DNA of 64,000 nucleotides from Tricharina praecox (GCF_024521635.1 NW_026250403.1:1860001-1924000), one strand, 5' to 3'; positions 1 to 12,394 are shown, counted from the stretch's first letter. Notes: generated by a model from the sequence alone, not told the origin. Numbers and translations: made by a program.

Positions 1-684
1 CTCAGTCAAGCGATTACGTCCTCCCAGAGTCCCGAATACAACGAACTCCGCGCTCGAAAGGCAGCAATGAAAGACGATCTCCGCCAAACCCGAATGATCT
101 CGGAGAAGACAATTGCCGATGCCGAAGCAGACCTAGAGGCGGAAAGAAAAGTGCAGGAGGCCCTCGTCAATTACCACGAGGCCAAGGTTGTCAAGGAAGC
201 GGTGGCTGGCTCGCAGAACAATATCAAGGAGAAAGAGCGGGCGATGCAGCGGTTCAAGGAGGAACGCGAGACGGCTGTCCAGGAGGCACTCGCCCGCAAG
301 GAGGCGCTCGCCCAGAGCCGCGAACGCGAGCTGCTCGACGCCGCAAGGGACGAGTTCAAAAAGGCCACTATCGCCAAGGTCGACGTAGCCGCGGCCAAAT
401 CGGCGATCGAGAAGATCCCGACAACTATCTCGGCCGACTGGCTCGAAACTCTGGTCGACGGCATCGACGACGTGCTCGACATCAAGCGCGTCGAGGTCTC
501 GGGAAGCTTGAGGGATCTGGTTCAGCACGGAAAACCGCTCAAAGCGGAAATTACTATGGTGGTTGCGGGGAAGGAGATGGTCTTTGCTCTGGATTATGGC
601 GTCGCCGATGCTGTCGGGTTTGTGGGCGGTGTTTTGGAGGGCGCGTGGGATGCTGTTTGTGAGGTTTTCGATGGGGAGGAGTAG
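1..684 (+). CDS. 3' part of a hypothetical coiled-coil protein (5'-truncated by the window edge)
   Basis: Frame 1 is open from base 1 to TAG at 682-684. GC3-rich codons; E/A/K/R-rich heptad-like region followed by a globular-looking C-terminus (DIKRVEVSGSL...FALDY). No family recognised. Confidence 0.75.
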   Translation, partial: LSQAITSSQSPEYNELRARKAAMKDDLRQTRMISEKTIADAEADLEAERKVQEALVNYHEAKVVKEAVAGSQNNIKEKERAMQRFKEERETAVQEALARKEALAQSRERELLDAARDEFKKATIAKVDVAAAKSAIEKIPTTISADWLETLVDGIDDVLDIKRVEVSGSLRDLVQHGKPLKAEITMVVAGKEMVFALDYGVADAVGFVGGVLEGAWDAVCEVFDGEE

Positions 685-1291
685 GGTGGTGGTTATCGTG
701 GTGTTGGAGTTGTCATTCTGCGAGCATAGCATAGCATTGGAAGGCGTTATTTATTATAGTGGGCATGGACGGAATGGGTTATGAGCATGGAGTTGGAGTA
801 TCAATGGCAGTCCTGACAATTCGATATCGCTTGGAAGTCTGAACATCTGAGCATTCTGGAATCGTGAGGGATGAAGCATGACTAAATGACGGTAATGCAA
901 TGGATAGATCGGCGAAAAGATGAGTTTGATACTCTGAAAGCACCATAACTCAAGCAGAGACGAGTGATATCTCAAGAACACCACAGGAGCCATAACCACA
1001 CCCAAGCCGTCCGCTATCTTACTCTATCCTCTACTATGGCGCCTTAACTGGTCATATGTGCACGGTTGTTCAAATTACACCCAATTCAACAAGTAAATTA
1101 TTTCCATACTCAAGAGCTAGTGAGTGAGATTCCATGAGTACACGCAGCCAGCAGTGCTCCATTGTACTCACCGTACTCTCCGCATGATGCATCCCACTCC
1201 CGATTACCGCGTTGTTACCTCATACCTCATACATCCGCGGCACGGACTGCTTACCTAGAGATTTTCACATGATCGTCGTCACGAACTCATA

Positions 1292-1301
1292 TTGACGTCA
1301 A
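1292..1301. promoter_or_regulatory. CRE/ATF-type site (TTGACGTCAA) upstream of the small hydrophilin-like gene
   Basis: Perfect palindrome containing TGACGTCA ~290 bp upstream of ATG 1583, with STRE-like CCCCT at ~1304 and ~1453. Confidence 0.45.
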
Positions 1302-1582
1302 CGCCCCTCCGCTGCTCAGCTCAGTCGACTGTGCACAAAACCCGGTCCTCCTGCTCCTGCTGCTCATATTCCGCAGCCAGAAATCCACTCCAACCCACAT
1401 CACACCGCATCCCATACGAGAGAAACCAACCCATAGAAGCCAAAATTGATTTCCCCTCCCTCCTCGAGCAGCAGCAGCAGCCCCGGCGGTCTTCGCGCGC
1501 CAGCACCACCAGCAGCAGCAGCACCACCACTACCACCAACTGCGCCACCACCACCAGCATCAACAGCAGCACAGCCCCCGCA

Positions 1583-1995
1583 ATGTCAGACAAGCACATG
1601 CTCGACATCGCGCACGCGGCCGAAAAGGACCTGAACAGCTACGACGCCAAAGTCGGCCACCCTCGACGCAACAAGAGCGATTCCAGTCCTCCCCCCCTCC
1701 CTTCCCCCCACCCCCTTTCTTCCCCTCCCCCTTTTATCCACCCAGCTGACACTGCTGCTGCGTAGCCAACGAATCCGGCGTGGACAAAGGCGTAGAGAAC
1801 AAGTTCTCGGGCGCGCACGTGACGTACGGGGCCGCAAGCACGGGCCGCGTCATCCCCGCGCAGGAGGGCGGCGATCAGATCGGGAAGGGAGGGGGCAGGC
1901 CGACCGTAGATAGGGACTTTGAAGGCCCTGGCGGGCCGGAGGATAAGGCTGAATTGGCGAGGAGGGAGAGGCCCGGGGATGATAGGGTTGAGTAG
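1583..1995 (+). CDS. Small Gly/charged-rich hydrophilin-like fungal protein, ~110 aa (exons 1583-1685, 1766-1995)
   Basis: Intron 1686-1765 (GT...GCTGAC...TAG) joins MSDKHMLDIAHAAEKDLNSYDAKVGH...SDS to TNESGVDKGVENKFSGAHVTYG...DFEGPGGPEDK. The spliced product resembles a conserved small ascomycete protein family (from memory). Confidence 0.75.
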
Positions 1996-2499
1996 GTAGC
2001 TGGCGTGGGGTAGGGGTGGGGGTATTGGAGGGAGGAAATGGAAAAACTTCAATTGTTTGATTAATTGTAAGAGGGTGGTGATGGTAAAAAGTCGGGGTGA
2101 TTGGTGCCGAAGGTCGACGGGAGTATGTACTACCACTCAGATTTATATCAGTCAAATAATACAGATTTACTCTGGTATTTTTTGTTCTCCCTATATTCTC
2201 ACATCTACGGTAACGAAAAACATTATGTAGTGTAAAGATAAGCGTACTAAAAACTATGGGATGAGTGGTACGATCTACAGAACGTGACTTTGCGAGAACG
2301 TAAATTCACTTTCTACGGCAGCGAAAGGATAATACAAGCAAGTCCTTGTGTAAGAGAGCATATGACGGAAGAAGAGTAATCAATTGAGCAGATGGCATAA
2401 CTAGATGAAGCAGGCATAACCCCCAGTACCCTTCCTATCCACCCGTTCCAGCAGTTCGACCAGTTCTACCAGCGTCCTCTCCGCATCCCCTCCAGCGCC

Positions 2500-3087
2500 T
2501 CAAGCGTTAGTGATAACAGCCCTCAACTTCGCATCAAAGATGAAGACACCCTCGGCCCTGGTCTGCCCATCCTCGCCCCTCCTGGAGCAAGCATAGATGA
2601 CCTCTTCAGCGGCCCTCGCAAGCGCCTTACAAGCCATGCCCCACCAGAACGTTCCGCAGAGCTGGATGCGGGCGGATTGGTGTGTCATTTCGTGGTCGCA
2701 GCCGTTTCCTCCTCCTCCGGGGTTGCTCTGCACGCACAGCGTGCTCTTCCCCAGCGAGAGCTTCATCTTGTTCGCCGCCACCTGCACGTGCTTCGACAAG
2801 GGCGAGCCGCCGTTCGTCTCGCACTTGATGAACGCGTACGGCACTGCCGCCGACGCCGTGAGCGGCGAGATGCTGTCCGCGAGCGAGGCGTCAGAGAACG
2901 CCAACTCGTCGTCGAAGATCGTTGCCACAACCGAGGGTGGGGAAGTCGGGTGCGTGAAAACGGAGCGCGCCGCATGGTCAGCGGGGCTGACGGAGAGCGA
3001 GGCCTTGTCACCGCCGGCGGGAAGGCAGACGGCAGTAGTGAAGAGGAGAGCCGAAACGGCGAGGAGGGTGGTGCGGAGAAACTGCAT
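2500..3087 (-). CDS. Small secreted cysteine-rich protein, 195 aa, possible KP4/Ecp2-like effector fold
   Basis: Intronless ORF with signal peptide (MQFLRTTLLAVSALLFTTAVC), an S/A/P-rich pro-region, and a C-terminal domain with 6 Cys (CETNGGSP...CVQSN...C...ARIQLCG...C...C). Confidence 0.8.
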   Translation of the reverse strand: MQFLRTTLLAVSALLFTTAVCLPAGGDKASLSVSPADHAARSVFTHPTSPPSVVATIFDDELAFSDASLADSISPLTASAAVPYAFIKCETNGGSPLSKHVQVAANKMKLSLGKSTLCVQSNPGGGGNGCDHEMTHQSARIQLCGTFWWGMACKALARAAEEVIYACSRRGEDGQTRAEGVFIFDAKLRAVITNA

Positions 3088-3712
3088 TTTCGTTGTCGTT
3101 TGTATCGTGGGTGTTCGTGAAGAGTGGTGGAGTCGTGGAAACGAAGGTGGTATTTGAAGGGGAAGGTGGTGTGGGGAGAACGAGTGGATGTTGTTGTGTG
3201 AAGGAGGAGGGGGAGGTGAAGGAGGAGGTTTGTGTGTGGGGGGGGGGGGGGGGGGGGGGGGGGTCGAAGGAAGTTGCAGTTCCGGGTGTTGGCCTTAGAG
3301 GAAACGGGTGTTGGCCCAACACGTGTGATCGTGAAATCGCACAGCATCTGAGTGATGGGAGAGTGCATGAGGTATAATTGACAAGATCGGATAACTGAAG
3401 CACATCAATTACTCGAAAGGCAACGACACTGGACACGGGCACGAAAATATCAAACGGCGAGCACAATAAGATGTAGCACAAAACACCAACCGGAAAACCA
3501 ACGAATCAACCCGATAGCAACAACACCCACAGAAGAGAAGAAAACACAAGTTCCTGACCCCGCCAATACCCGGAAAGAAGGAAGAACGTAAGGAAGGAAG
3601 CACAAAATCATGAAAACACGCATAGCATAGCCCCCCGTGCGCCAGATGTTCGACCTCTACTTGATACCCACTACCATCCTCCATTATGCCGTGACTCGTA
3701 GATCCCAGCCAC

Positions 3713-4850
3713 TCAACTCCTGACCTGCAACTTCTTGACGCCATTGACGAGATTGCCTCCGAGCGCGGCCTCCATCTTGAGCCTCTCGATGACATCGGCC
3801 GGGTGTCCGCCCATGATCATGCCGTTTCCATTCTTCGCACCATCCGGTCCCGCGGCATCCAGATCCTCGTCGATGCCTTCATCGTCGTCGTCGTCACTGG
3901 TGCTATCGTGGCTGGCAGCGCGACTCGCAGCGCCGCTCCTACTGCCGCCGAAGTCCCTTCCAGCCTTCATCACGTGCCCGCCCATCATGCTGCGATCGCC
4001 GTCGAACTCGTGATTGCAGCCGTCCACACATCCGCCGAACTTGCGCACGCCCCACACCGACGCCTTGAGCGCCACCACGCGGTTCGCCGGCGGACACTTG
4101 TACCGCAGCTCCTCCTGCTCCCGCGAGTACCCGCTCCACGTCCGCAACTCGGTCTGCAAGTCGTACTTGTGCTGGTCGTTGAGCTTCATGACGACGAAAT
4201 CGCAGTGGTCCACGTTCCGCAGGTCCTCAAAGTACTCGACCGAGTAATGGTACCACTTCATGAGAAAGATCCTCGTCATGAGCCCGTGCGTGACCAGCAC
4301 CAGAACACTTGGAAAATCCTCCTCAGCAAACTGCCTCCACAAGCTCTCATTGAAGCCCGAGACACGGTCATACGCGTCAGCGGCGCTCTCCCCATTCGGG
4401 ATGCGATAGAAGAAATGTCCGTAGGCGGCGCGCTCATGCCACATTCTCGCCATCTCTGCCTGACACGGCTGGAAGTTCCCAAAGTCCTGCTCACGGATCC
4501 TCGGCTCCTCGTAGACGCGGATGCTGCCGGAGTTCGGGTGCTCCTTGAGCGCGGGCGAGGACAGGATCCCCAAAGTCGTCTCCCGTGTCCGCGTGTACGG
4601 CGACGTGATCATCTGTAAAGTGTCGGAGGGCCGCAGAAGCCGCGCGAGCTTGTCGCCCGCCGCGAGCGCTTGCTCTTGGCCCACGGCTGTCAGTGGTACT
4701 CGGTGGTCTGGCACTGTCTGGTGGATCGTCCGGTTCTCGTTGCCGACGCTCTGCGCGTGCCGGCAGAGGATGATTAGCTGTGCGGGCGGATGGGTTAGCT
4801 GGTGCATGGCGGCGCAGGGTGGGCGGGGAACGCACTCTGGGCTTGCCCAT
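3713..4850 (-). CDS. DET1: Histidine phosphatase / phosphoglycerate mutase family, DET1-like broad-range acid phosphatase, ~359 aa (exons 4850-4836, 4777-3713)
   Basis: MGKPR micro-exon, then intron 4835-4778 (GTGCGT...GCTAAC...CAG), then LIILCRHAQSVGN (RHG-type motif), SPYTRTRET, EEPRIREQDFGNFQ, GESAADAYDRV and VLVTHG. Confidence 0.9.
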
Positions 4851-7215
4851 GATTGCTGACTGTGTCGTTGCAATGGAATTGGGTGGTGATCCGCGGCGGG
4901 TGTGGGGATTGGAGAAGCTCAAGGATGGACGTCGGGGTGGTGGGGCTAGAAGTCTAGGTTTCCGTGCAGCGAAGCGAGTTCTTAAGTTGCTTTGTTTTCG
5001 CCGGAGAGAAGGAGAGGTCGGCAGAGGCTTGATGCAGCCCGGTGGCGGAGGTACGGTGGGGGTGACGTGGACAGGGGGTTATATATTGATTGTGGAAAGC
5101 TCTTTTCTTTTTTCTCCACAGCGATCACCAGAGCGTTGATTGGGCAGCGGCAGGGCTGAGAGCTGAGAGCTGAGCGCGCGATTGTGTGTGTGTGTAGAGC
5201 AAGGCAGGGTGGATGGAGATGTTCAGCAGCAGCAGTTGGATGTTGGTTTTTGCGTGGCAGCGTTTGCCTCGTGACGAATCAAGTTGTCAGCGGCCCTGAT
5301 TGGCCGGGTCGGGGTGTGGGGCAGCGGGGAAATTCCGTGCCAGAGAGTCAGAGACACCCCACGGCGCCTACAGAATTGAAGTAACCGGTTGGAGCTGGGC
5401 CGGGACCTTTGCTGCAGGGCCCATGTAGACAATAGAAATAGAGCTGGTACTCTAGTTACATAAGGACGTCCCGCTCGAAGGGAACCTAGAATATGCTTAT
5501 TCGGACAAACGGTTCTCTACAAACGAGCATGAAGCTGTAAAACACGGGCCCAAGGCCGACCGCGGGCCACAGTCACAGCTTGGACGAGGTAAAACACTGG
5601 TAAGTAGCGAAAGATGCGTCCGTTCGCTTCCCAAAGACCCCAATATCCCAATCATAGGTATCAAGGAAAAAACCAGGTAGATACACCTTATGTATCGCAC
5701 AACACCCCTCTGCTGCCACTTCGAAGTTGGAACACCTCCTGCATCAACAATTGGGGCGCTGCTCGTCGTGAGAGATCCGTAAACTCCCGTTGACCGAGCT
5801 TGGTGCGATGCCGGTACAGACTCTAGGAGTTCGGCATGCGAGTATGAAGCGTCGTCATCCAGGCCCGGATCCCTCCCGCCGCAATTCAATGCGAGACCTT
5901 ATGGGACAAGGCTCCCAGCTGCTCGCGAAGCCCGCAAAACCCTACTGATGTTGAAGGAAGAGAACCAGCTTACGACTTGCTCCCAAGCAACACCATCCCC
6001 CTCCGAACCCCGCCAAGATCATACCTCCAACAGCAGATCCCTTCCGAATCATTCAAACAGTCGTCCGGGCAGTTGTGACCAGGAGTTTGTCGTTGAGGGG
6101 CTCGAGAACGCCCGGGGGTGTCTATGCCAATCGTCGAAGTCTGTGTGATGCGCGCCGTACTCGTGGTGGACAAGGCAGGAATCGTTGGTAAAGAAAGGAT
6201 GTGGTTCCTATTGTTGAAAGACTTCCATGTGAGCTGATGTGGGGCGCGGTGCGAGAATGATGAGTGGCTGCCGTTGTCGTTGTCGTCGTGATGATGGAGG
6301 CCAAGATATCTATCACATGCTGTATGTGTCACCCATATGGATTATCAATTAATCAACGATATCACCTAAAATCTACCACATCTCCCAGTTCCGCAAGCAG
6401 CCAAGGCCGTTCTGGAATTGTGCTTCTCCAGTTGCTGGCATATGTAACTCGATACGCACGGAAATCGCTCCACCAATTGCAGAGTACAATGTGCATAGTA
6501 GTACTCTACAGACCTCAGGTCATCATCATCCGCATCACTGTGCTCCCAAGCCCTCGTGCCTCACTCCTGCCGCCGTTGTGCGTGGGTAGGGTACATACGC
6601 GCCGCAGGGACACAGAAAGCCTCCAGTTGGTGCTTGGTGCTTGGTGATCTCATACTCCAGAGTAGATACACACACAGAAAAGCTTGTATCGGTCCCAACA
6701 GCCAATCCCCACCGCCAATCAGCGGGGCTACCGTCACTGTGGATGTGGTGGTCGTGCGAGCAGAAGAAGAAGAAGATGAGGAGGAGAGAGAAAAGAATCA
6801 TCATCATGATCACTACTCCGACCCTCGCGGAACAAACCGCCCTGAAGGTTTGGGTCAGTCCTGGCACGTGCACTCGCCCTGCCGATCCGGACCCTGGCCA
6901 GGCCCGAGATAACGCGGGCAGAAAAGTGCAACTCACGCCAAGCACTCGCTTTGTGCGCATGCCGCACGCATATGATACATCTGTGCAGATTCGCCGGGTT
7001 TCTGGCACTTGCATATCGCATGGCGAGTGGTGGACCAACATCGCACGAGAGACGCACACTCTGGTTCGATATGTTCTGATCCTATGCGCCGTCTGCTTCT
7101 TCCCCTACGGCGTTGGCTCGAATCCGTCCATCTCCGAAAGCCAACTGCAGCTGCTGCCGTCGCGCATCCCTCACCACACCTCCACCATCCCGCTCTGCCT
7201 CTGCGCCCAATCACC

Positions 7216-8736
7216 ATGGCCTCCCCGCCGCCGCCCCCACAGCCCACGGACTATGCGGCCTGGGACACCCCGTCGCTTATCGCCCGCATCCACAGCCTCG
7301 AGGCCACTCTCTCTGCCGCAAACCCGAACTCGTCTGTTCCTCACCCCACCCCACGCACCCCCGCCTCACCCGACTGACACCACCACGATGACAGCAAACC
7401 CGCAACCACCAAGCCGCGCAAAGCCTCACGGGATTTCGATTCCTCGCGCTACTCTACCCGTCTGATCGCGCTGAAGTTCGCGTACATCGGCGCACCGTAC
7501 GGCGGCTATGAGTACCACGGCAACGACACGGCCCTACCCACCGTCGAGGAAGTGCTCTTCTCTGCGCTGCTGAAGGCGCGGCTCGTGCCCACGCAGCCCG
7601 GCCACCCACAGCCCACATCGCCCGAGGCGTGGCCGGGCGACGACGCCGTCGAGTACTCGAAGTGCGGGCGCACCGACCGCGGCGTCTCGGCGTTCGGCCA
7701 GGTGGTCGGCGTGCGCGTACGGAGCAACCGGCCGCTGCCTGCGAGCATGGACATCGACGGGCAGGAGGAGGGAGAACCAGCGCCGTTCGACGACATCGCG
7801 GACGAGATGCCGTACACCGCGATCCTGAATCGGCTGCTCCCACCGACGATCCGGATACTCGCGTGGGCGCCCAACCCGCCCGCAGGGTTCTCGGCGCGCT
7901 TCAACTGCCGCGCGCGACACTACCGCTACTTCTTCACGAACCCGATGCTATCACCGACGAACCCCGGCGGCGCGCTCGACATCGCCGCGATGCAGACGGC
8001 TGCACAGTACTTCCTCGGCAGCCGCGACTTCCGCAACTTCTGCAAGCTCGACCCGGCGAAGCAGATCGACAACTTCTCGCGCGACATCCTCGAGGCGTCG
8101 ATCGAGGAGCTGCCATCGTCGAGCGGCGATGTCACATCCGCGAAAACGTACTACTTCAACCTCAAGGGCACCGCGTTCCTGTGGCACCAGGTGCGGCACA
8201 TGATGGCGGTTCTGTTCCTGGTGGGCCAAGGGCTCGAGAAGCCCGAGATCGTGCGCGACATGCTGGACATCGCCCGCTTCCCGACGAAGCCCATGTACGA
8301 GATGGCCGAGGACCGGCCGCTCGTCCTGTGGGACTGCGTTTTCCCCAACGACGACTTGAGGTGGCTCGTCGCTGATGATGGCGATCTGAGAGGCGCTCTC
8401 GCGGATACGACATGGATGGGCTGGCATGAGAAGAAGATTGATGAGGTCCTCGCTGGGCAGCTCGTTGGCCTCGTGCGCAGGCAGCGGGAGGAGAGTGAGA
8501 TGTCGCCTGTGCTCCAGAGGAAGAAGAGGAAGGCCGCGAAGCCGGGACATGTACTTGTCTTGGGCAGTGGAGAGGCTGTCCTCAGGGGGAAGTATGTGCC
8601 CATGAAGGATAGGAAGAAGATGAGGCCTGTGGCGGAGATAAATAAGAGCTTTATTGAGAGGAAGGGCGATTGGAGGGAGAGGAGGGAGCTGAAGAGGAAG
8701 AAAGACGAGGAGGAGGAGGAGGAGGCGAGTGAGTAA
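7216..8736 (+). CDS. DEG1: tRNA pseudouridine(38/39) synthase, TruA family (Deg1/Pus3), ~485 aa (exons 7216-7331, 7395-8736)
   Basis: Intron 7332-7394 (GTCTGT...CTGAC...CAG) restores the frame. Motifs RLIALKFAYIG, YSKCGRTDRGVSA (catalytic Asp), FSARFNC, DFRNFCK and GTAFLWHQVR. Confidence 0.93.
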
Positions 8737-9794
8737 AAGTGCTTTCTGGCGTTTCGGGCCAGGAGGGAATTAGAGCAGTGCACATAGAGGTTCACTCGAT
8801 GTAGATGCTGAATATGGGTTGCACACATTCACAGCAGGTCGGGTTTGAGGTCGCCATTCGGTAGGCTAGACAGGCGGTATACGGCAATAGATTGATATTC
8901 TCTCTCACACACTCATACCTATATTGACCACCCTCTTGCATACGAAATCAAACGAGCTTCATCATTCTTCCTTTCAATACATACATTTAACTCAAGCGCC
9001 GCCGAGTTACTCTACTCTACTAGGTAGTTGGAGCATATGTAAGCGAAATCCACCACCACCCCCAGCATCCTTTTCTGGTTCCGGCTCGGAACTCGCCCCG
9101 CCTTATACCTACCGTACTTACTCTATATTCGCGACGTGGACCCACTCAACTTTATCGTAACTCCGCAAAACACGAAACATGGAATAAACATCCTGCATCG
9201 TATCCTGTGCAGTGCAGTGCAGTGGGGACAAGAAAATGCCTCTTTTTTACCTGTGGGGTACCGAAGTACCCAGCCCAGCCCGGTGGGTATGCACCGAAGG
9301 CTGAAGGCTGGAGCATGTGTCCGGATACCTATGCTCTCCTAGGTATTCCCTGCGCATGTAGCAATGTAGCGATGCAGCGATGGCGATGGCAGCCTCACCC
9401 CCCCCCCCCCCCCCCCCCCGCCCCCCCGCCTTCAAGCTTCCAGGCAGCACTCGCAGCCTCTCAGGCCAGCCAACCAGTCAGCCAGCCTCCAGGCAACCGC
9501 ATCGCATCTCAGGAGAACAAAAAAAAGGTGTTCACCGGCCACGGCCCCCGACTCGCACGCCGTATATACTCGCCGTAACTACTCGCCGTACTCGCCGCCA
9601 CACGTTTCACCGGGCGGGGCACACACACTAATCAGCGGGTAGACATGCACGGTATGTAGATGTAGAGAACATGAAACGCTGCGCACCCCTCAGGGAGGCA
9701 TGCTCACACTGCGCAGCTGTCGTATGTGTGTGTGTACCGGTATGCATAGAGTATGCAGAGCAGAGCAGAGCAGATGCGTGCCTGGATCTTACCA

Positions 9795-9851
9795 CACCGG
9801 GATAGAGTAGCCACCGGGATAGCCACCGGGACAGCCACCGGGATAGCCACC
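9795..9851. repeat. 12-bp minisatellite CCACCGGGATAG, about 4 copies
   Basis: Copies at 9795, 9811, 9823 (one mismatch) and 9835, plus a partial copy at 9847. Confidence 0.85.
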
Positions 9852-10363
9852 AGTGAGGGTAGGGGTGGAGTGATTACGTGTGAACCTACGGTGACTGTCG
9901 GAGCTGGCCGGACGGTACTCTATGTAGGTACTTTGGTACTCTATGGTGCTGAATCGAGATGAAAGCGAAACATCAAGCCTACGGGAGAGCGCCATACTAC
10001 TCTAGAGACGGACAGACAGACGGACAGACAGACGGGATATTCCCAGCGCAGTGATCCTGGACTCCTGGACTGCTGGTGCGAGATAGGCTTTTTGCCTGCC
10101 TGCCTGCCAAACCTTGGGGGGAGCATTGAAATTTGGCGAGGGTTGGCGGGAGTGGATGGGGTTATACGGGTTCTCATTGGCTCTCCGGTGACGGGGGGAA
10201 GGGGGGGAGTGTGAAATGCATGTCAGATCAGCTCGGGTAGGTAACCGCCGTATATGGGCGGCCCCAACGATGGGCCGGCCATGGGTCATCGCAAAGTTTC
10301 TGGATGGGCGCTGAGGAGGCAACGATTGGATGGCAGCGAGTGCAGAGGGGAACGGTTGGACTG

Positions 10364-10370
10364 TATATAA
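10364..10370 (+). promoter_or_regulatory. Putative TATA box of the AA14 gene
   Basis: TATATAA ~300 bp upstream of ATG 10663, followed by a CT-rich/(CATT)n leader. Confidence 0.4.
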
Positions 10371-10662
10371 GGGACCTTTGAAATTCCTCAGGGTGATATA
10401 ATCTTATAATTTTCCACTGTTGACTGTAGACTGCCCCCCTTTGTAGCGTAGCCACTGTCGTTCTTTCCATTGGCTGCTTGCTAGACCGCTATACTTCCTT
10501 CTTTGTTCTTTTATATCTACCTTAGGTCCTTGACGGATTGTTCTTCTCTACCAACTAACTACTCGGATACCTCTTCCTTCACATTCATTCATTCCTTCAT
10601 TCGCTCGTTCATTCACTCACTCACTCAACAAAGTCACTCCTTCGAAGAACAAATCCATCATC

Positions 10663-11756
10663 ATGCACGCCTCCACCCTCCTCCTCGCCATCCTGCCCTC
10701 GCTGGCGACCGCCCACATGGCTATGTGGCACCCGTCAGTCCTCGACTTCAACGGCGACGGGTACACTGCGGTGACCCCTCTGTCAGGAAAGTCGTTCTCG
10801 CAATGGTGGTTTCACGGGATGGCCAGCGCCTCCATGCCCAGCGAGGTTTTTTCCCTCCCGGTCGGCAAGTCCGTTACCGTCGAGGCCTCGTGCAACAAGG
10901 ACTTCACCTCGTGGGGCTCGCAGGGCGACGGCCAGAACGCCTGTCCCGACGACACCCCCTCGCTCCATGCCGGCACGCCGGTCGAGGCCGGACAGCTCCT
11001 GGGATGCGGCCTCGCTATCGCCTACAAGTCCAAGTTCACGGACGTCAAACCTGAGGACTTCGCGGTCTTCTCGGTAAACCATCAGTGCGTCAAGCAGCTA
11101 AAGACTACTTTCGACGTCCCGAAGGTCATGCCCAAGTGTCCCGATGGAGGGTGCATCTGCGCTTGGTTCTGGCAGGGACAGTCGAGTGCCGATGAGATGG
11201 TTCGTTCCCTTCCCCCAACCCCCCACTCCCACCCCGCTCCCAAGCTAACGGCAAGACCAACAGTACATGACCGGCTTCCGCTGCAACATTTCCGGCGGCT
11301 CGAGCACTGCGTCCATCTCCTCTCCGAAGGCGCCCAAGTACTGCCCGAGCGGCGGCTGCGTCTCCGGTCCCAAGCAGCCCATGTACTGGGCCAACGACAA
11401 CTCGAACATCGCCTATTCCGGCGACTACTACCAGAAGCCGTCGTACAACGCCAAGTGGGGCTTCGCCAACGGCGCGCAGAACGACATCGTCAGCGTTGGA
11501 AAGGGCAGTCCAACGGCTTCCACAACCCTCGCCACCGTCACCCGCAAGCCGAGCGTTACCAACACTAGCAAGTTTGCGATCCCCACGAAGGTCGTCGATA
11601 ATTGCACCTGGAAGGACCACTGTGCCGGTGCTACTTGCGTATGTTGATCCGAACTCCCCCGAGATGGGTACTGGTTCCCGTACTAACAGTCAGCAGAAAA
11701 CCTACAACGACTGCAGCGACGACCTCGACTGCAAGAGTGGCGTCTGTGCCAAGTGA
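10663..11756 (+). CDS. Lytic polysaccharide monooxygenase, family AA14, with S/T linker and C-terminal 6-Cys module (exons 10663-11199, 11264-11638, 11697-11756)
   Basis: Signal peptide ends in ATA directly before His1 (HMAMWHPS). AA14 motifs QWWFH, SCNK, LHAG (second His), GCGLAIAY, PEDFAVFSVN, MPKCPDGGCICAWFW, EMYMTGFRCNI (axial Tyr formed across intron 1), KQPMYW and GAQNDI. Introns 11200-11263 and 11639-11696 have canonical signals (GCTAAC, TACTAAC). Confidence 0.9.
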
Positions 11757-12394
11757 TTGTCTCCGAACCCGAGCTGAGCTTGAGGTGGAGCGCCGATTGT
11801 CGACATGTGGAGGGTGTACTTTTATTGCGATTTGGTTGGCGGGCGTATGGGATGGACATACTTTGTTTTCACAAAATAGACGGGCTGGATTGTAATTTTA
11901 AAGTGCCGAGGTGAAATCTTGATCTTCTGAGGTTGATATCAGTCAGTCGTGAGGTGGATATATCCAACCAAAGCACAAGTATCTTGAACCATAGCACTGT
12001 CACTCTCACCAGAATCGTTTGGACACTGTCATCCGGAAGAGATTCAAACGCGATGGTTGTTTGTCTTCTACCCATAAATCAGGTAGCATGGGCAGAATAA
12101 AGCCATAGAAGGTTCCAACTTCAGTCCAGTCAATGCTAACTTTCCGGTGACAATTTTAACCATAACGCGGCAAAAGACCCTATCGAATGATCAGCCATGT
12201 CCACAGTTCTCCGTAAATCTGCATTACCTATCGTTCTCTCCTCCAAAGTCATTGTAGATCTTGAGGACTGCCGAAACTCATCATTTCTTCGTAGATATGT
12301 GGCGGTTATAGTTGCCATGAAGCCGCGGATTATTTCGGTGCTTGATCCATCAACCTAAATTTAGGGTTACCCCGCGTTCCTGACGCGGTCGCGC

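Noticed and set aside
4851..4873. ORF-track start of the phosphatase at 4873
   Set aside because: Non-ATG start that reads through an intron. The MGKPR micro-exon at 4850 with canonical splice signals fits the family N-terminus.
6641..7465. 274-aa ORF upstream of DEG1
   Set aside because: No recognisable motifs; it overlaps the DEG1 promoter and exon 1 in another frame.
12352..12372. Telomere-like TTAGGG/CCCTAA words (also ~16305 and ~62590)
   Set aside because: Single units rather than arrays; no basis for a telomere or telomerase RNA call.
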